A stretch of DNA of 64,000 nucleotides from Epiperipatus broadwayi (lineage: Eukaryota > Animalia > Onychophora): positions 11,594,001 through 11,658,000 of the forward strand of contig JAQFVV010000010.1 of NCBI GenBank assembly GCA_028023455.1. The letters run 5' to 3'. A model generated the notes under the pieces. The model searched no databases and had not been told where the DNA came from. It saw only the letters and a list, made by a program, of their open reading frames with translations. A program made the position numbers and the translations under genes. Shown piece after piece: positions 50,966 to 62,658 of this stretch. Every line of letters begins with the position of its first letter. Position 1 is the first letter of the stretch.

Positions 50966-51407
50966 GTAATTTATATAGATTGTTTGTCTTCAAATGTAAA
51001 AAAAAAAAAAATTATTTTTTTGTATTTATACTTTAATAATGGTTTTTTGATTGTTCATTTTGTGAATTTTAATTTCCAAAATTAAATACATTTTAAGAAG
51101 ATAGGAAATACTGTAGTGTACATATATTTGTGTTAATATTAAGATTTAGTTAATAAAAAATTCTAAGTAATGCTTTAAAATATAATGACTAATTATTTAA
51201 TATATTTTAAAAAAAGTTTATATTATGAAGAAATTTTTAAAATATATGAACAGATTTAGGTTATTAAGACTGATTAAAGATTTTTACAAGATAATTTTTA
51301 TAAATACTAATTGGGCAGATATAGAATTGATGGAAGTAAATGTGAAATTGATTTGGAATAGGAATGTTTATTGATCATTTTATTTTATTCTAAGAGAATT
51401 GGAAGTT

Positions 51408-51970
51408 AATAAACATCACATGATCACCATTTCTTATACTTGCTTATAACTGTTATTAAAACAGGCAAAACTCTCCGTACAGTAGTGCCACTCAGTGCAA
51501 GCCAGAGTAATCAATGGATGCCAGAAGGCTTGTGCATAAAATCCCCATCTAGTGCCTACTCATCCAATATCCCCAGCCTAATAGGATAGTGGTGGCTATG
51601 GTTATTAAAGAATCAAAGACACCAAAATGTATAGGCACTGAACTGAGTTCAGAATTATATGACTATATAGGCTAATGATCTTGGATTGAAAATAATTATT
51701 GTTTTCAATTTAAGACTCATAGTTTTATAATTAAGTAGAGATAAAAGATGGCTGGCTGCTGGAGGGTTGCATTAGATCCTAAGATCTAGATGCAGTGCTC
51801 TCCGATCCAAGGCTCCTCACTGAACGAAGGCCACAAGCCAGAAACTAGTCTGGGGATATTGGATGAGTAGACACTAGATGGGGATTTTATGCACAAGCCA
51901 TCTGGAATCCATTGATTATTCTGTTTTGCATTGAGTGGCAATACTGTATGGAGAGTTTTGCCTGTTTTAA
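51408..51970. mobile_element. Fold-back insertion with a 12-bp TSD and a hammerhead-like motif (PLE-type)
   Basis: TSD gaattggaagtt at 51396-51407 and 51971-51982; arms 51456-51577 and 51850-51970. The + strand 51815-51855 reads CCUCA CUGAACGA AGGC CACAA GCCA GAAAC UA GU C UGGGG. Confidence 0.75.
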
Positions 51971-52849
51971 GAATTGGAAGTTGAGATAAAAAGATTGAAG
52001 ATAGGGATAATGATTTCTATAGGGAGTGCCAGAAGAACACATAATATAGTATGCTCTCATTTTTGCAAATTATATGACATTTTTTAAAAATAGAATAAAA
52101 GGCATTGAATTATTACTATAAAAGAATACAAAAATGGGAAGAAATACAAAATTTAAATTGAATAAGGAAAAATACAAGATATTAGTGTTTAAAAGAGAAG
52201 ATAAAACTGAAGAATGGAAATAGTAATTATTTGGCTTGAAGGTTTGGAGAAGTTTAAATATTTAAGAATATTGTTAACTGAGTCAAAAAAATATACAGAT
52301 ATTTGAGAATTAGATTTGAAACAAAAACCAAAATATAATTGAATTGATTAAAAATCTGACATGTCCATCGTATTACAAATATGAGACAATTATTTGCTTT
52401 AAAATTTGAAATGATCATTTTATATTGGTCAAGGGAACTCAGAAATTTTAGATGGAATTCAAAAAGAATAAATAACATTGAACAATAAAGTGTGTTTGGA
52501 AGTGTGATTGTTTAAAAGGAAATAGGTGGAATATTTTTCTTAGTAAAAGAATTTTAAAAAAGTAAATAAAAATAGATTAGTAAAAATGATGTTTAATTGA
52601 ATTAAGTGGAGAGATAATAAACATGTTGAAGTAGAAAGGTTTTGCAATTTGTAAGGTTAATAGATAGAACATTTATCATTGTGAATTTATTTAAGAAATG
52701 GTTACAGGTATATAACTAGATTTGGTGAGAGAAGATATAAATTGGTTAGAAAAAAAGTACAGTTATGGAAAATGAAAAGGACTCTAAAAAGTAGTTCAAA
52801 TATATGAGAATAAAAAATATACATAATATAACAAAATGCATGATAATAT

Positions 52850-53010
52850 TTAAAGAAAACTTAATGTTGTCCAAACAAAAGATCTTTTAATATTAAGAAA
52901 ACAAGGCAAAAATGGAATAAGAATTTGAATTGTATAAGATGTGGTTCATGTGGAAATGGGAGGGAAAGTACTGAACATTTATTTTTAGATTATAGTATAG
53001 TGAAAGAGGA
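52850..53010 (+). pseudogene. Old L1/Tx1-like ORF2 C-terminal remnant
   Basis: LNVVQTKDLLILRK, then CGSCGNGRESTEHLFLDYSIVKE (CX2C...ES.EHLF..C pattern with the last C lost). The surrounding purine-rich DNA from about 51100 is probably the same eroded element. Confidence 0.45.
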
Positions 53011-53178
53011 TCAGGATAAATTGTAGGGAAAATGGGAAAAACAATGATAAAGGAATCAAAAACATATAGTTTTCTTTTTTATGTTTTTTTTTTTTATAAT
53101 AAAAAGAAATATGAGGATAGAATATTAAAACTAATTCAACTATAAATAATTTTCTTCTTTTCTGAACTAATGGAATAT

Positions 53179-53400
53179 AATGAAAATATTCACAGAAAAG
53201 GTAGTTTTTTAAAAAATATTCAGTTTTATTACTGCCTAACATGCTTTCAATATAACATATCATATTTATGGTTTATAGTAATATGACTCATATTACTATA
53301 AGTCATGAATATGATGTAAATGTTATATTGGAAGCATACTAGACAGTAATAAAACAATGATTTTTTTTTTAAAACTACCTTTTCTGTGGATGTGTTCATT
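53179..53400. repeat. Long imperfect palindrome
   Basis: aatgaaaatattcacagaaaaggtagttt.../...aaaactaccttttctgtggatgtgttcatt, with the central ttatagtaatatga-c-tcatattactataa. Confidence 0.85.
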
Positions 53401-54979
53401 AACAATCATGTATTATTTAATATTAAAACTAAGAAAACAGTTTTTATTAAAATGAGATAGGAAAAGAATGTTGAGAAAATGATTTGATAAAACTGAGTAA
53501 GGATTGTATGAGTTTACTGTGATATACAATAATTTTACAGGCGAGAATGTTTTACTTGGATAACAGAATATTTGGAGATATGACATAACGACATAGTCTT
53601 CTGATTTTGTCTAATAAAAAGCCATTTTATATCACATAATTTATTTATTTGAATATCAAAATTAGTAATAAGATGTACATGATAATAAAAGCAAGAAAAC
53701 AAAACAAAAATGGATTAACAAATTGTCATTATATACTTGTCCTAAGTGTGATTTAAGTAAAATATTATGGAAAGGAGTAGCTACATCGTCTCCCTTATGA
53801 GAATGATATAATATTTATTACATATTATTGGCAAATTTTTATAAGATTTTTAAAGAAACTTAGAAATTTGGGGAAATATTTAAATGGAGATGTGATTGGC
53901 ATAATTGTCATTTCATAAGAATATGTTAAAGTTATTTGGAAGACTACAGTTAATGGATGGTAACAAAGTTTCTAGAAAGAATATCTTAATGGGTTAATAG
54001 GAATAGCATCACAATAAAGCAAGTATTGAGAATAGCCATATATATATATTTAAATCTTTCTTTACCATCACATAAACAAAAATATTTTTTATAGTTCTTG
54101 TGATTAATTAACCCCCACCCCCACCACCATACTTTTTATAAAACAAAAATATATAAAATCAAACATCTGATTTAGATTGAGTGAAAGCTGAATCAAAAAA
54201 AGGATTTATCTATTTACTTTAATAAGTACAGTAATTTTAAAACTTTCTGTGACTTACCAAGTTTACAGCAGTAATATTTACTAAATATGTTTATTTTTGT
54301 TAAAATATAAATGATCATTTTTGTTTAACTAGCTTTTATCTGGTCTTTAATACACTATAATAATATATAAATTATATATTTATTAGATGATAATGTGGTT
54401 TTTCTGAAACATAATTTTAAATAATTTAATTTTTATTGAATATTTTGTGATGTACATTTAGCTTTTATATTGTCTTTAGTATATTCTATTTCTACGTGGT
54501 GTATCACAGTTGTAGAACAATGGAATCAAAAGCTAAAAGTTCCTGGATAGATTCTTAACCAAGGAAGTAAAAGAAGTTATTTTTGGTCTTGTGATCTATT
54601 TATCATTTGAGTGTTTGAACTTCATATGACATTCTGAGAAACTAATCACACAATTATTAATAATATTATTAAGTACAAGTTATATGTACAGTCACATGTA
54701 GACATAAACACTTGATTTTGTTAAATAATACTTGATTAGAGATGCCTTTTGCTAAGTTTCAAAATATGATTTTCAACATATATATTGTAACAGTTATATT
54801 GGCAATGCCAAATTTACATCATTATTTTTAAAATAAGATATTTTAAATTCATTATGGAAATGACCCTAAAAAGTTATAAAAATAGCAATGGCTTTAATAT
54901 GTAAATGAAGTTTAAAAATATTAAAATAAGATAGAGTTTCTTCTCTCTCTCGCCATTCTTGTTTAAAGTAGAGAAAAAA

Positions 54980-55076
54980 TGTCAAGCATTGGTGGTCAAG
55001 AGGTCAGCAATGGCTGCTTTACAAGCAGTTATCGCGGGTTCGTGTCTTGACTGATGCTATGACACATGAGAAAAAA
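54980..55076 (+). mobile_element. tRNA-Val(TAC)-like short SINE with A tail and 15-bp TSD
   Basis: A-box-like tggtcaagagg, gctgc-TTTACAA-gcagt arm, B-box-like ggttcgtgtc and an A-rich tail. aaagtagagaaaaaa occurs at 54965-54979 and 55077-55091. Confidence 0.65.
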
Positions 55077-56250
55077 AAAGTAGAGAAAAAACAAAATAAA
55101 TTATCTATCAAGAACAAAGGAAAAATATACACAAGAAGTGAAAATTTCTTATTATATTTTAATTTACTTAAAGTAATGGAAATATTCTTTGTACTAAGAC
55201 TTGTGTGAAAGATGAAGTGCTAAATTAAAATAAATAGCTCATTGGTTCCTTACCCAGTGCAATGCCCAATTTGTATTCCTTATCAACTAGTTAAACTGCT
55301 ATAGGTAAATGGAACTTTGCAAATGGATTGCCAGAGAAGAAATAAGGATACTAATACCTTTTGTGATTGCCTGTAGTGTCTTATTTGATGATACTGAAAG
55401 GAAGAAAAAAAGACTTTCAAGACAGCAGTAAGATATTCTAAAACCAGAATTTTTAATGCTTTGATATTGTTTATTACTTTGAATATTCAGGACAAATAAA
55501 TGAAAAAAATATTGAACTTTTAAAAAACTAAAGCATGAAAACTATTTTGGAATTGGTCAAAAATGACATTTTTTTTTCATGAAGGAACTATAAAGATATA
55601 ATATTTAAACTTGATTTATTTATAGCACAAACTGTATCATAATTCCTAATAATAAAGTAAATGAAATTATTTCCAGAAAAGCTATCTAGAAAGAAACAAT
55701 TATAATTTCTTTTTTTTATGCGAGAAGTTATCATGTAAAGCTATAAAGAGATAAAGTATTTGAACTTTCATTATAATTTCTGATCTGAAAAATATTCAAG
55801 AAAGAAAATCTCCCAAAGAAGATTCTAGTGATTTATTTTATTATCTATTTATTGATTTATTATTTTGTCATTTAATAAATTATTTCCTTATTTACAATCT
55901 TATTAATTGTTATTTGATGCATTCACTAAAGCAAGTATAGAATAAAATATTTTGCTATTTTCATAAAACATTAATTAATTATATTAAATTAGTGTACCTC
56001 TATAATACTTTTGTCTTATACATAACACTTGCTGATAAAATATATATAATTAATCCCACACACATGACCTGTAGAATAAAAAAACCCATAGCGCTGAGAA
56101 CATGCCCTCCAATATGTAACGTTCAGAGTGTACAGTAGCTAAAGCAAATGAATATTTGTATAAAGAATGAGCTTTAGTTATTCAACTACTAGTCTCATTA
56201 TTTTACTTTGCTGCTTCTGTTTCTATTGATCAGAGTTACCACTACAATAT

Positions 56251-58301
56251 ATTATAACGATCGAAATGAAAGTGAAGATCGAATCTAACCGCAAACTACG
56301 ATATCTGCTCTACAGGGTGCCATCTAGGCATTTAAACCTAGAAAAATTTATAGAGTAGGCCGATACGCCCTGTTAAGATTCCACTTTATTTAAATATTCA
56401 GATCATTAGCCCAAGTCACTAGCTCAGTGGAGACGCAGAGATAAAAATCTATATCTTAATTTATATCTTAAATATAAATAAATAAAAGCCACTGCCAGAA
56501 ATTAACACATAAAAATATTTATTTACGCACATATAAAATCATTCTAATTTGAGGAATAAGTTTAACATTTTAGATTTTATATTAACTTTTAATTTTACAT
56601 TTAACTAAGTTTCAATGAGTTTAATATTTTATTTAGATAGTCGAGTATGAATAGACTACATAGACCTGCATTTGAAAAGAAAATATTCTATCCCTTATTT
56701 AACCTTAGGCCAAAAAATTTGCAATCAAACCGGCGCCAATTCATCTGATACATTTATGTATTCAATGTAGCATGAAAATACGACAACACAAAATACTATA
56801 CTGTCAGGAATGTACATCTGATCAGTAAGTAGAATTAGAGAAGACATTGTCTCTCCACCAACAGGAATGTCACATCCGTTGGTGAGTAGAACAATAAACA
56901 AAACTCCATAGGAATGGATCGCGGTCCTTTGCCGTCTTACGAACCCATCCATAGGCAAACAGAAGGTGTGTGGCGTATATACACAATCCTGCACATAGCG
57001 GATCTCATACTACATCTACTAATTACACAAATATATCCAATCCATTGAGCCAATTCAACTACGAAACGAATAACCTAAGATTACCCTCCCTTAATATAAC
57101 TTTACAAAACTATATAGCCATTCACGCCCGACTTAAATTTAACATTTAGATACGTTCGCACAGATAAATTTTATAAAATTTGTTTAAAATGTTGAGTATA
57201 GATCGGCTGCACAGATTCCACGGTTAAAAACATTCCAAAATAAACATAACCGATCAAAATACAAAATCATCGATAATGTCATATTGCATAGGGAATACAA
57301 AAAAACTCCAATGGTGTTCATCATAAGACACCGCAGTGACATGATGACTTATATATTCCAATCGACTATGAAACAGCAACATAATTAACCGCTAATGAAT
57401 CTATGCAACGTCTATACCCAACTTTAAATTTCATGCATTTAAATAATTTATACGATAAGTATTAATACAAATAAAAATAATAAAATGGAAATGATTTTAG
57501 CAAAACTTAACTACATAAATTTAAACAATCAATTATTAATTTGAAAATCAAATAAGAGTTCATTTTAAAATTTAAATTAGCTGAATCTTTAAAAAAAACA
57601 ATGACGAAAGTTCTTAACTACTTTTTTTTGTTGTTGTTAATTTGTAAAATTCATAGCTCATGGTAGAAGAGTCCAGATTTCTGCTTTTAATTCCCGCGAC
57701 GCCTCCATTGGAAGATAATATTCTGGAGATGGCAATAGCTGGTTCAAGGTATCACAGTCTTTTCATATTTTTTTTTTAAATAGAGAGTGTGGTATGTGCG
57801 TCCTACCACATCTCTCAAACACAAAACGCTGGAACTGCTAGAAAAAACTGTATTTCCCTTTTTATATTATCTACACGGATTCAATCAACAAAATGTCACT
57901 AATCCATCACTTTCGTTAGGGTCCGAGCCAAGGCTTAGTGCTTCCATTGGTCAAGCTAATTTCTCTTTATTTTCTTATCTATCTTTCATCAGATCATTTT
58001 AATTATACAAGAGCCCAAGGGCCAGTTTGGTTTTCGATAATTCATAAACAATCATTTCCATTTACAGATTACATGAATTAATACCTGTTTTTATTTTTAA
58101 ATCTTGTACTTTTTTATAAAAAAGTACATTCAAATACTTATTTGTTTTTTTTAAAAAAATATTTTTAAAGTTTGGCCTCTGTGCGAATGTATATACGTTT
58201 AACAAACATTTTAATTTTAGTGTATAGTTTTTTACTTTTATTTGCGAACTTTTAAATTTTTATTTTAAATTAATGTAATGACATATTTATATATTGTTAC
58301 A
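56251..58301. mobile_element. 2.05-kb non-autonomous repeat, copy 1 (class uncertain)
   Basis: Direct repeat of 59015-61054, very high identity except the first 140 bp or so. Termini attataacgatc.../...gttaca; CpG-rich relative to the flanks; no TE protein motif recognised. Confidence 0.8.
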
Positions 58302-59014
58302 TATCAATAAACTTCCTCAAAAAACAAAAAACATTAAAAAAAAAAAAAGACTTTACTTAGTGTTAGTAATTTCGTTACACAAATTGATTATATATGAAAA
58401 TTTCAAAAGGACAAAACTTTTTTTTTTTTAAAAGACAAAACAGTAATTACACACAAATATAATGATTAAAAAAAAATGTTGACTGTTGATTCCTTATTAC
58501 CAGCTAAATTTCTGCCCCCTTCCTTCCAAGTTTCATTTCTCCTACCTTTAACTATTACTTAGGCAAGTTGAATGATTAGATTTTAATTTAACAAGATTTT
58601 TTTTTTTTTAAAAAAAAATATGATTTAGATTTATTATTACATTTTATTTATTAGTTTTTATTCCTCGAATTTATCTCTATATATGCGCAATTTTTTTTAC
58701 TGGCAGCACTTTTTAAACAAAACTTCAAACTGCAACTCCAAGTCAATACAACAAATATATTTATACTAATTTCAGAAAAAATATTACGGGCATGATTTAT
58801 TTTCAAAAGTACTAGTAGTTTATTAAACATCTGGCTATAACTTTACGTTAGTACAAAAATGTACTTATTTCAGAAAAAACAACAAATGTTATTTGCATGA
58901 TTCACTTTTAAAATTCTCAGGGCACTCGTGATTTATTAAAGATAGAAAATTTCATCATCATCAATTCCCCTTCTCAGGGTCAATCTCTGAGGTAAGGCCA
59001 CACTTGGGACGCCA

Positions 59015-61054
59015 ATTATAACGATCCAAAACAATAGTGGAGACAGCAATCTACGTATCTGCTCTACAGGGCACCATCTAGGCATTTAAACCTAGAAAAA
59101 TTTATAGAGTAGGCAGATACATGCTGTTAAGATTCCACTTTATTTAAATATTCAGATCGTTAGCCCAAGTCACTAGCTCAGTGGAGACGCAGAGATAAAA
59201 ATCTATATCTTAATTTATATCTTAAATATAAATAAATAAAAGCCACTGCCAGAAATTAACACATAAAAATATTTATTTACGCACATATAAAATCATTCTA
59301 ATTTGAGGAATAAGTTTAACATTTTAGATTTTATATTAACTTTAATTTTACATTTAACTAAGTTTCAATGAGTTTAATATTTTATTTAGATAGTCGAGTA
59401 TGAATAGACTACATAGACCTGCATTTGAAAAGAAAATATTCTATCCCTTATTTAACCTTAGGCCAAAAAATTTGCAATCAAACCGGCGCCAATCCATCTG
59501 ATACATTTATGTATTCAATGTAGCATGAAAATACGACAACACAAAATACTATACTGTCAGGAATGTACATCTGATCAGTAAGTAGAATTAGAGAAGACAT
59601 TGTCTCTCCACCAACAGGAATGTCACATCTGTTGGCAAGTAGAACAATAAACAAAACTCCATAGGAATGGATCGCGGTCCTTTGCCGTCTTACGAACCCA
59701 TCCATAGGCAAACAGAAGGTGTGTGGCGTATATACACAATCCTGCACATAGCGGATCTCATACTACATCTACTAATTACACAAATATATCCAATCCATTG
59801 AGCCAATTCAACTACGAAACGAATAACCTAAGATTACCCTCCCTTAATATAACTTTACAAAACTATATAGCCATTCATGCCTGACTTAAATTTAACATTT
59901 AGATACGTTCGCACAAATAAATTTTATAAAATTTGTTTAAAATGTTGAGTATAGATCGGCTGCACAGATTCCACGGTTAAAAACATTCCAAAATAAACAT
60001 AACCGATCAAAATACAAAATCATCGATAATGTCATATTGCATAGGGAATACAAAAAAAAACCAATGGTGTTCATCATAAGACACCGCAGTGACATGATGA
60101 CTTATATATTCCAATCGACTATGAAACAGCAACATAATTAACCGCTAACGAATCTATGCAACGTCTATACCCAACTTTAAATTTCATGCATTTAAATAAT
60201 TTATACGATAAGTATTAATACAAATAAAAATAATAAAATGGAAATGATTTTAGCAAAACTTAACTACATAAATTTAAACAATCAATTATTAATTTGAAAA
60301 TCAAATAAGAGTTCATTTTAAAATTTAAATTAGCTGAATCTTTAAAAAAAACAATGACGAAAGTTCTTAATTACTTTTTTTTGTTGTTGTTAATTTGTAA
60401 AGTTCATAGCTCACGGTAGAAGAGTCCAGGTTTCTGCTTTTAATTCCCGCGACACCTCCATTGGAAGATAATGTTCTGGAGATGGCAATAGCTGGTTCAA
60501 GGTATCACAGTCTTTTCATTTTTTTTTTTTAAATAGAGAGTGTGGTATGTGCGTCCTACCACATCTCTCAAACACAAAACGCTGGAACTGCTAGAAAAAA
60601 CTGTATTTCCCTTTTTATATTATCCACACGGATTCAATCAACAAAACGTCACTAATCCATCACTTTCAGTAGGGTCCGAGCCAAGGCTTAGTGCTTCCAT
60701 TGGTCAAGCTAATTTCTCTTTATTTTCTTATCTATCTTTCATCAGATCATTTTAATTATACAAGAACCCAGGGGCCAGTTTGGTTTTCGATAATTCATAA
60801 ACAATCATTTCCATTTACAGATTACATTAATTAATACCTGTTTTTATTTTTAAATCTTGTACTTTTTTATAAAAAAGTACGTTCAAATACTTATTTGTTT
60901 TTTAAAAAAAAATATTTTTAAAGTTTGGCCTCTGTGCGAATGTATATACGTTTAACAAACATTTTAATTTTAGCGTATAGTTTTTTACTTTTATTTGCGA
61001 ACTTTTAAGTTTTTATTTTAAATTAATGTAACGACATATTTATATATCGTTACA
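59015..61054. mobile_element. 2.05-kb non-autonomous repeat, copy 2
   Basis: Same orientation as copy 1, about 0.7 kb downstream. Ends in the hairpin tgtaacga-catatttatata-tcgttaca; the flanks are unrelated to those of copy 1. Confidence 0.8.
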
Positions 61055-62072
61055 ATACATTAATCAAAAAGCTATATTCTGTCTATTACAAACATAAGTA
61101 TAAACTTTATTAGTATTGATAAATATTATTTTTCATTGTGTGATCAATTGGATGAAAGTTAAAAAAAATGTTCAAGAATTAAAGTAATAGACAGAGCATA
61201 GTTCCAATCAATTAGCCAGATTGAGATTTTTTTCATTTCTTTTCGATAGGATTCAATCTAAGAAAATTTTAGTTTCAGCTAATCGCTGAAGCTATAAAAA
61301 ATTGGCAGCCTTACACAATTTCTGTAGTTTCAGATCATAGAGAAGCATTTGAAATGCTGTTTTTGCTGATTGATTGGGAGGGGGGACAATGCTATGACAT
61401 TGTATTAATATTTCAACCATGTCAAATGTATTTGGTATTTATTTTATCAATCAGATTTTAAGATATACCCATTCCTGTGTTTTAGAGCTAATTGGTTAAT
61501 ATCTATTTGATAATGGCTAGCTTAAACTATCTAAAAAACCCTTATGGCTTTATAAAGAAGAATTTTGTCTAAAATTTCTCAAAGTTAAATCATATCGTAG
61601 GATTTTTTATATAAATGATTTGTTTTTGGACTTAGTAATAATTGGTTTATTTTCATTTCTTAACCCTTTTTATGAAATAACATTTTTTGATTTTTATTTT
61701 ACTGACAACGACATAGTTTTCTCAGTAGTAACTGTGGTGGGTTGTGTAACTAGCTCCAATGATTAATATAAATCAATTTTATTTATTTTATATCATTTAT
61801 GATTGTTAAGATTATATATGACTTATTAATCATTAATGCTGCATTAGTTTTTTGGGTGTGAGAGGAGTTATTCTAATAGTAAGAATGGCAAAATCAAAAA
61901 AAAAGTTACTTGACATTCTTATCTAGGAAAAAGTGTATATGTGTGTGTGTAGGGTGTTCATATATTTTTTAATTTCCCAAGTTATTGACCATAACTAAAT
62001 AAAGTTTTTTAATAATTAAAATTTTTGGTCCTATTGCAAAACAATTATAAAGATTATTTACACAATATTTAA

Positions 62073-62460
62073 TAAATAGTCTGAACAGGCACTAACCTGT
62101 ATTTAATGTGCTTTAAAACTCGCAATAATCAAGCATATTTTGCCCAAAGAGGGATCTTCCAAACCACAACACAAGATAGCAACTTTTATAAAGATAAGAG
62201 CGGCCATCTTATCTTTAACCTAAATGTCCATTTATATAGGCGAATTTGAAGCATCTTGATTTAGAAGTGTGAAGTAGTTGTTTTCTTCACTGTTTAAATC
62301 CACATTTCCTTTACAAATTAACTTATGCAAAATCTTGCGATTTATAAAAGTCGCTATCTTGGGTCGTGGTTTGGAAGATCCCTCTATCAGCAAAATATGC
62401 TTGATTATTGCAAATTTTAAAGCGCATTGAATACAGATTAGTGCCTGTTCAGACTATTTA
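62073..62460. mobile_element. MITE-like element with about 120-bp imperfect TIRs
   Basis: 62073-62192 (taaatagtctgaacaggcactaa...) is the imperfect reverse complement of 62341-62460 (...ttagtgcctgttcagactattta). Confidence 0.8.
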
Positions 62461-62553
62461 CATAAGCTTTCTGTGCGCTCTATAAATTAATTATTATTCA
62501 ATATTTAATAAAATATACAATATTTAGTAATATATCTATATATTTTTATCTAG

Positions 62554-62658
62554 TGGTTAATGAAGCATATGACTCAAATTTTCAATCTCGGTGTATTTCA
62601 GGATAAAATGCCCAATCATGTTCTCATAAATGAATATGAACCTGGTCAAGGTATAATG
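62554..62658 (+). CDS. ALKBH6: ALKBH6 coding exon
   Basis: ttatctag|...|gtgagt. 105 nt encoding [35 protein letters not shown] (vertebrate [35 protein letters not shown]). The next exon, with the HxD iron ligands, was not found in the window. Confidence 0.93.

Noticed and set aside
50891-51085. ORF GGLPHIKGMVPEKIPEVIYIDCL, initially read as a decayed RT YADD region
   Set aside because: The first part is the 47-nt ALKBH6 exon with canonical splice sites; the rest is intron read-through.
56725-56994. 89-aa minus ORF (copy at 59478-59747) and 71-aa plus ORF (57787-58002, 60540-60755) as genes
   Set aside because: They are conserved only because the whole 2-kb block is duplicated. No recognisable domain and non-ATG starts.
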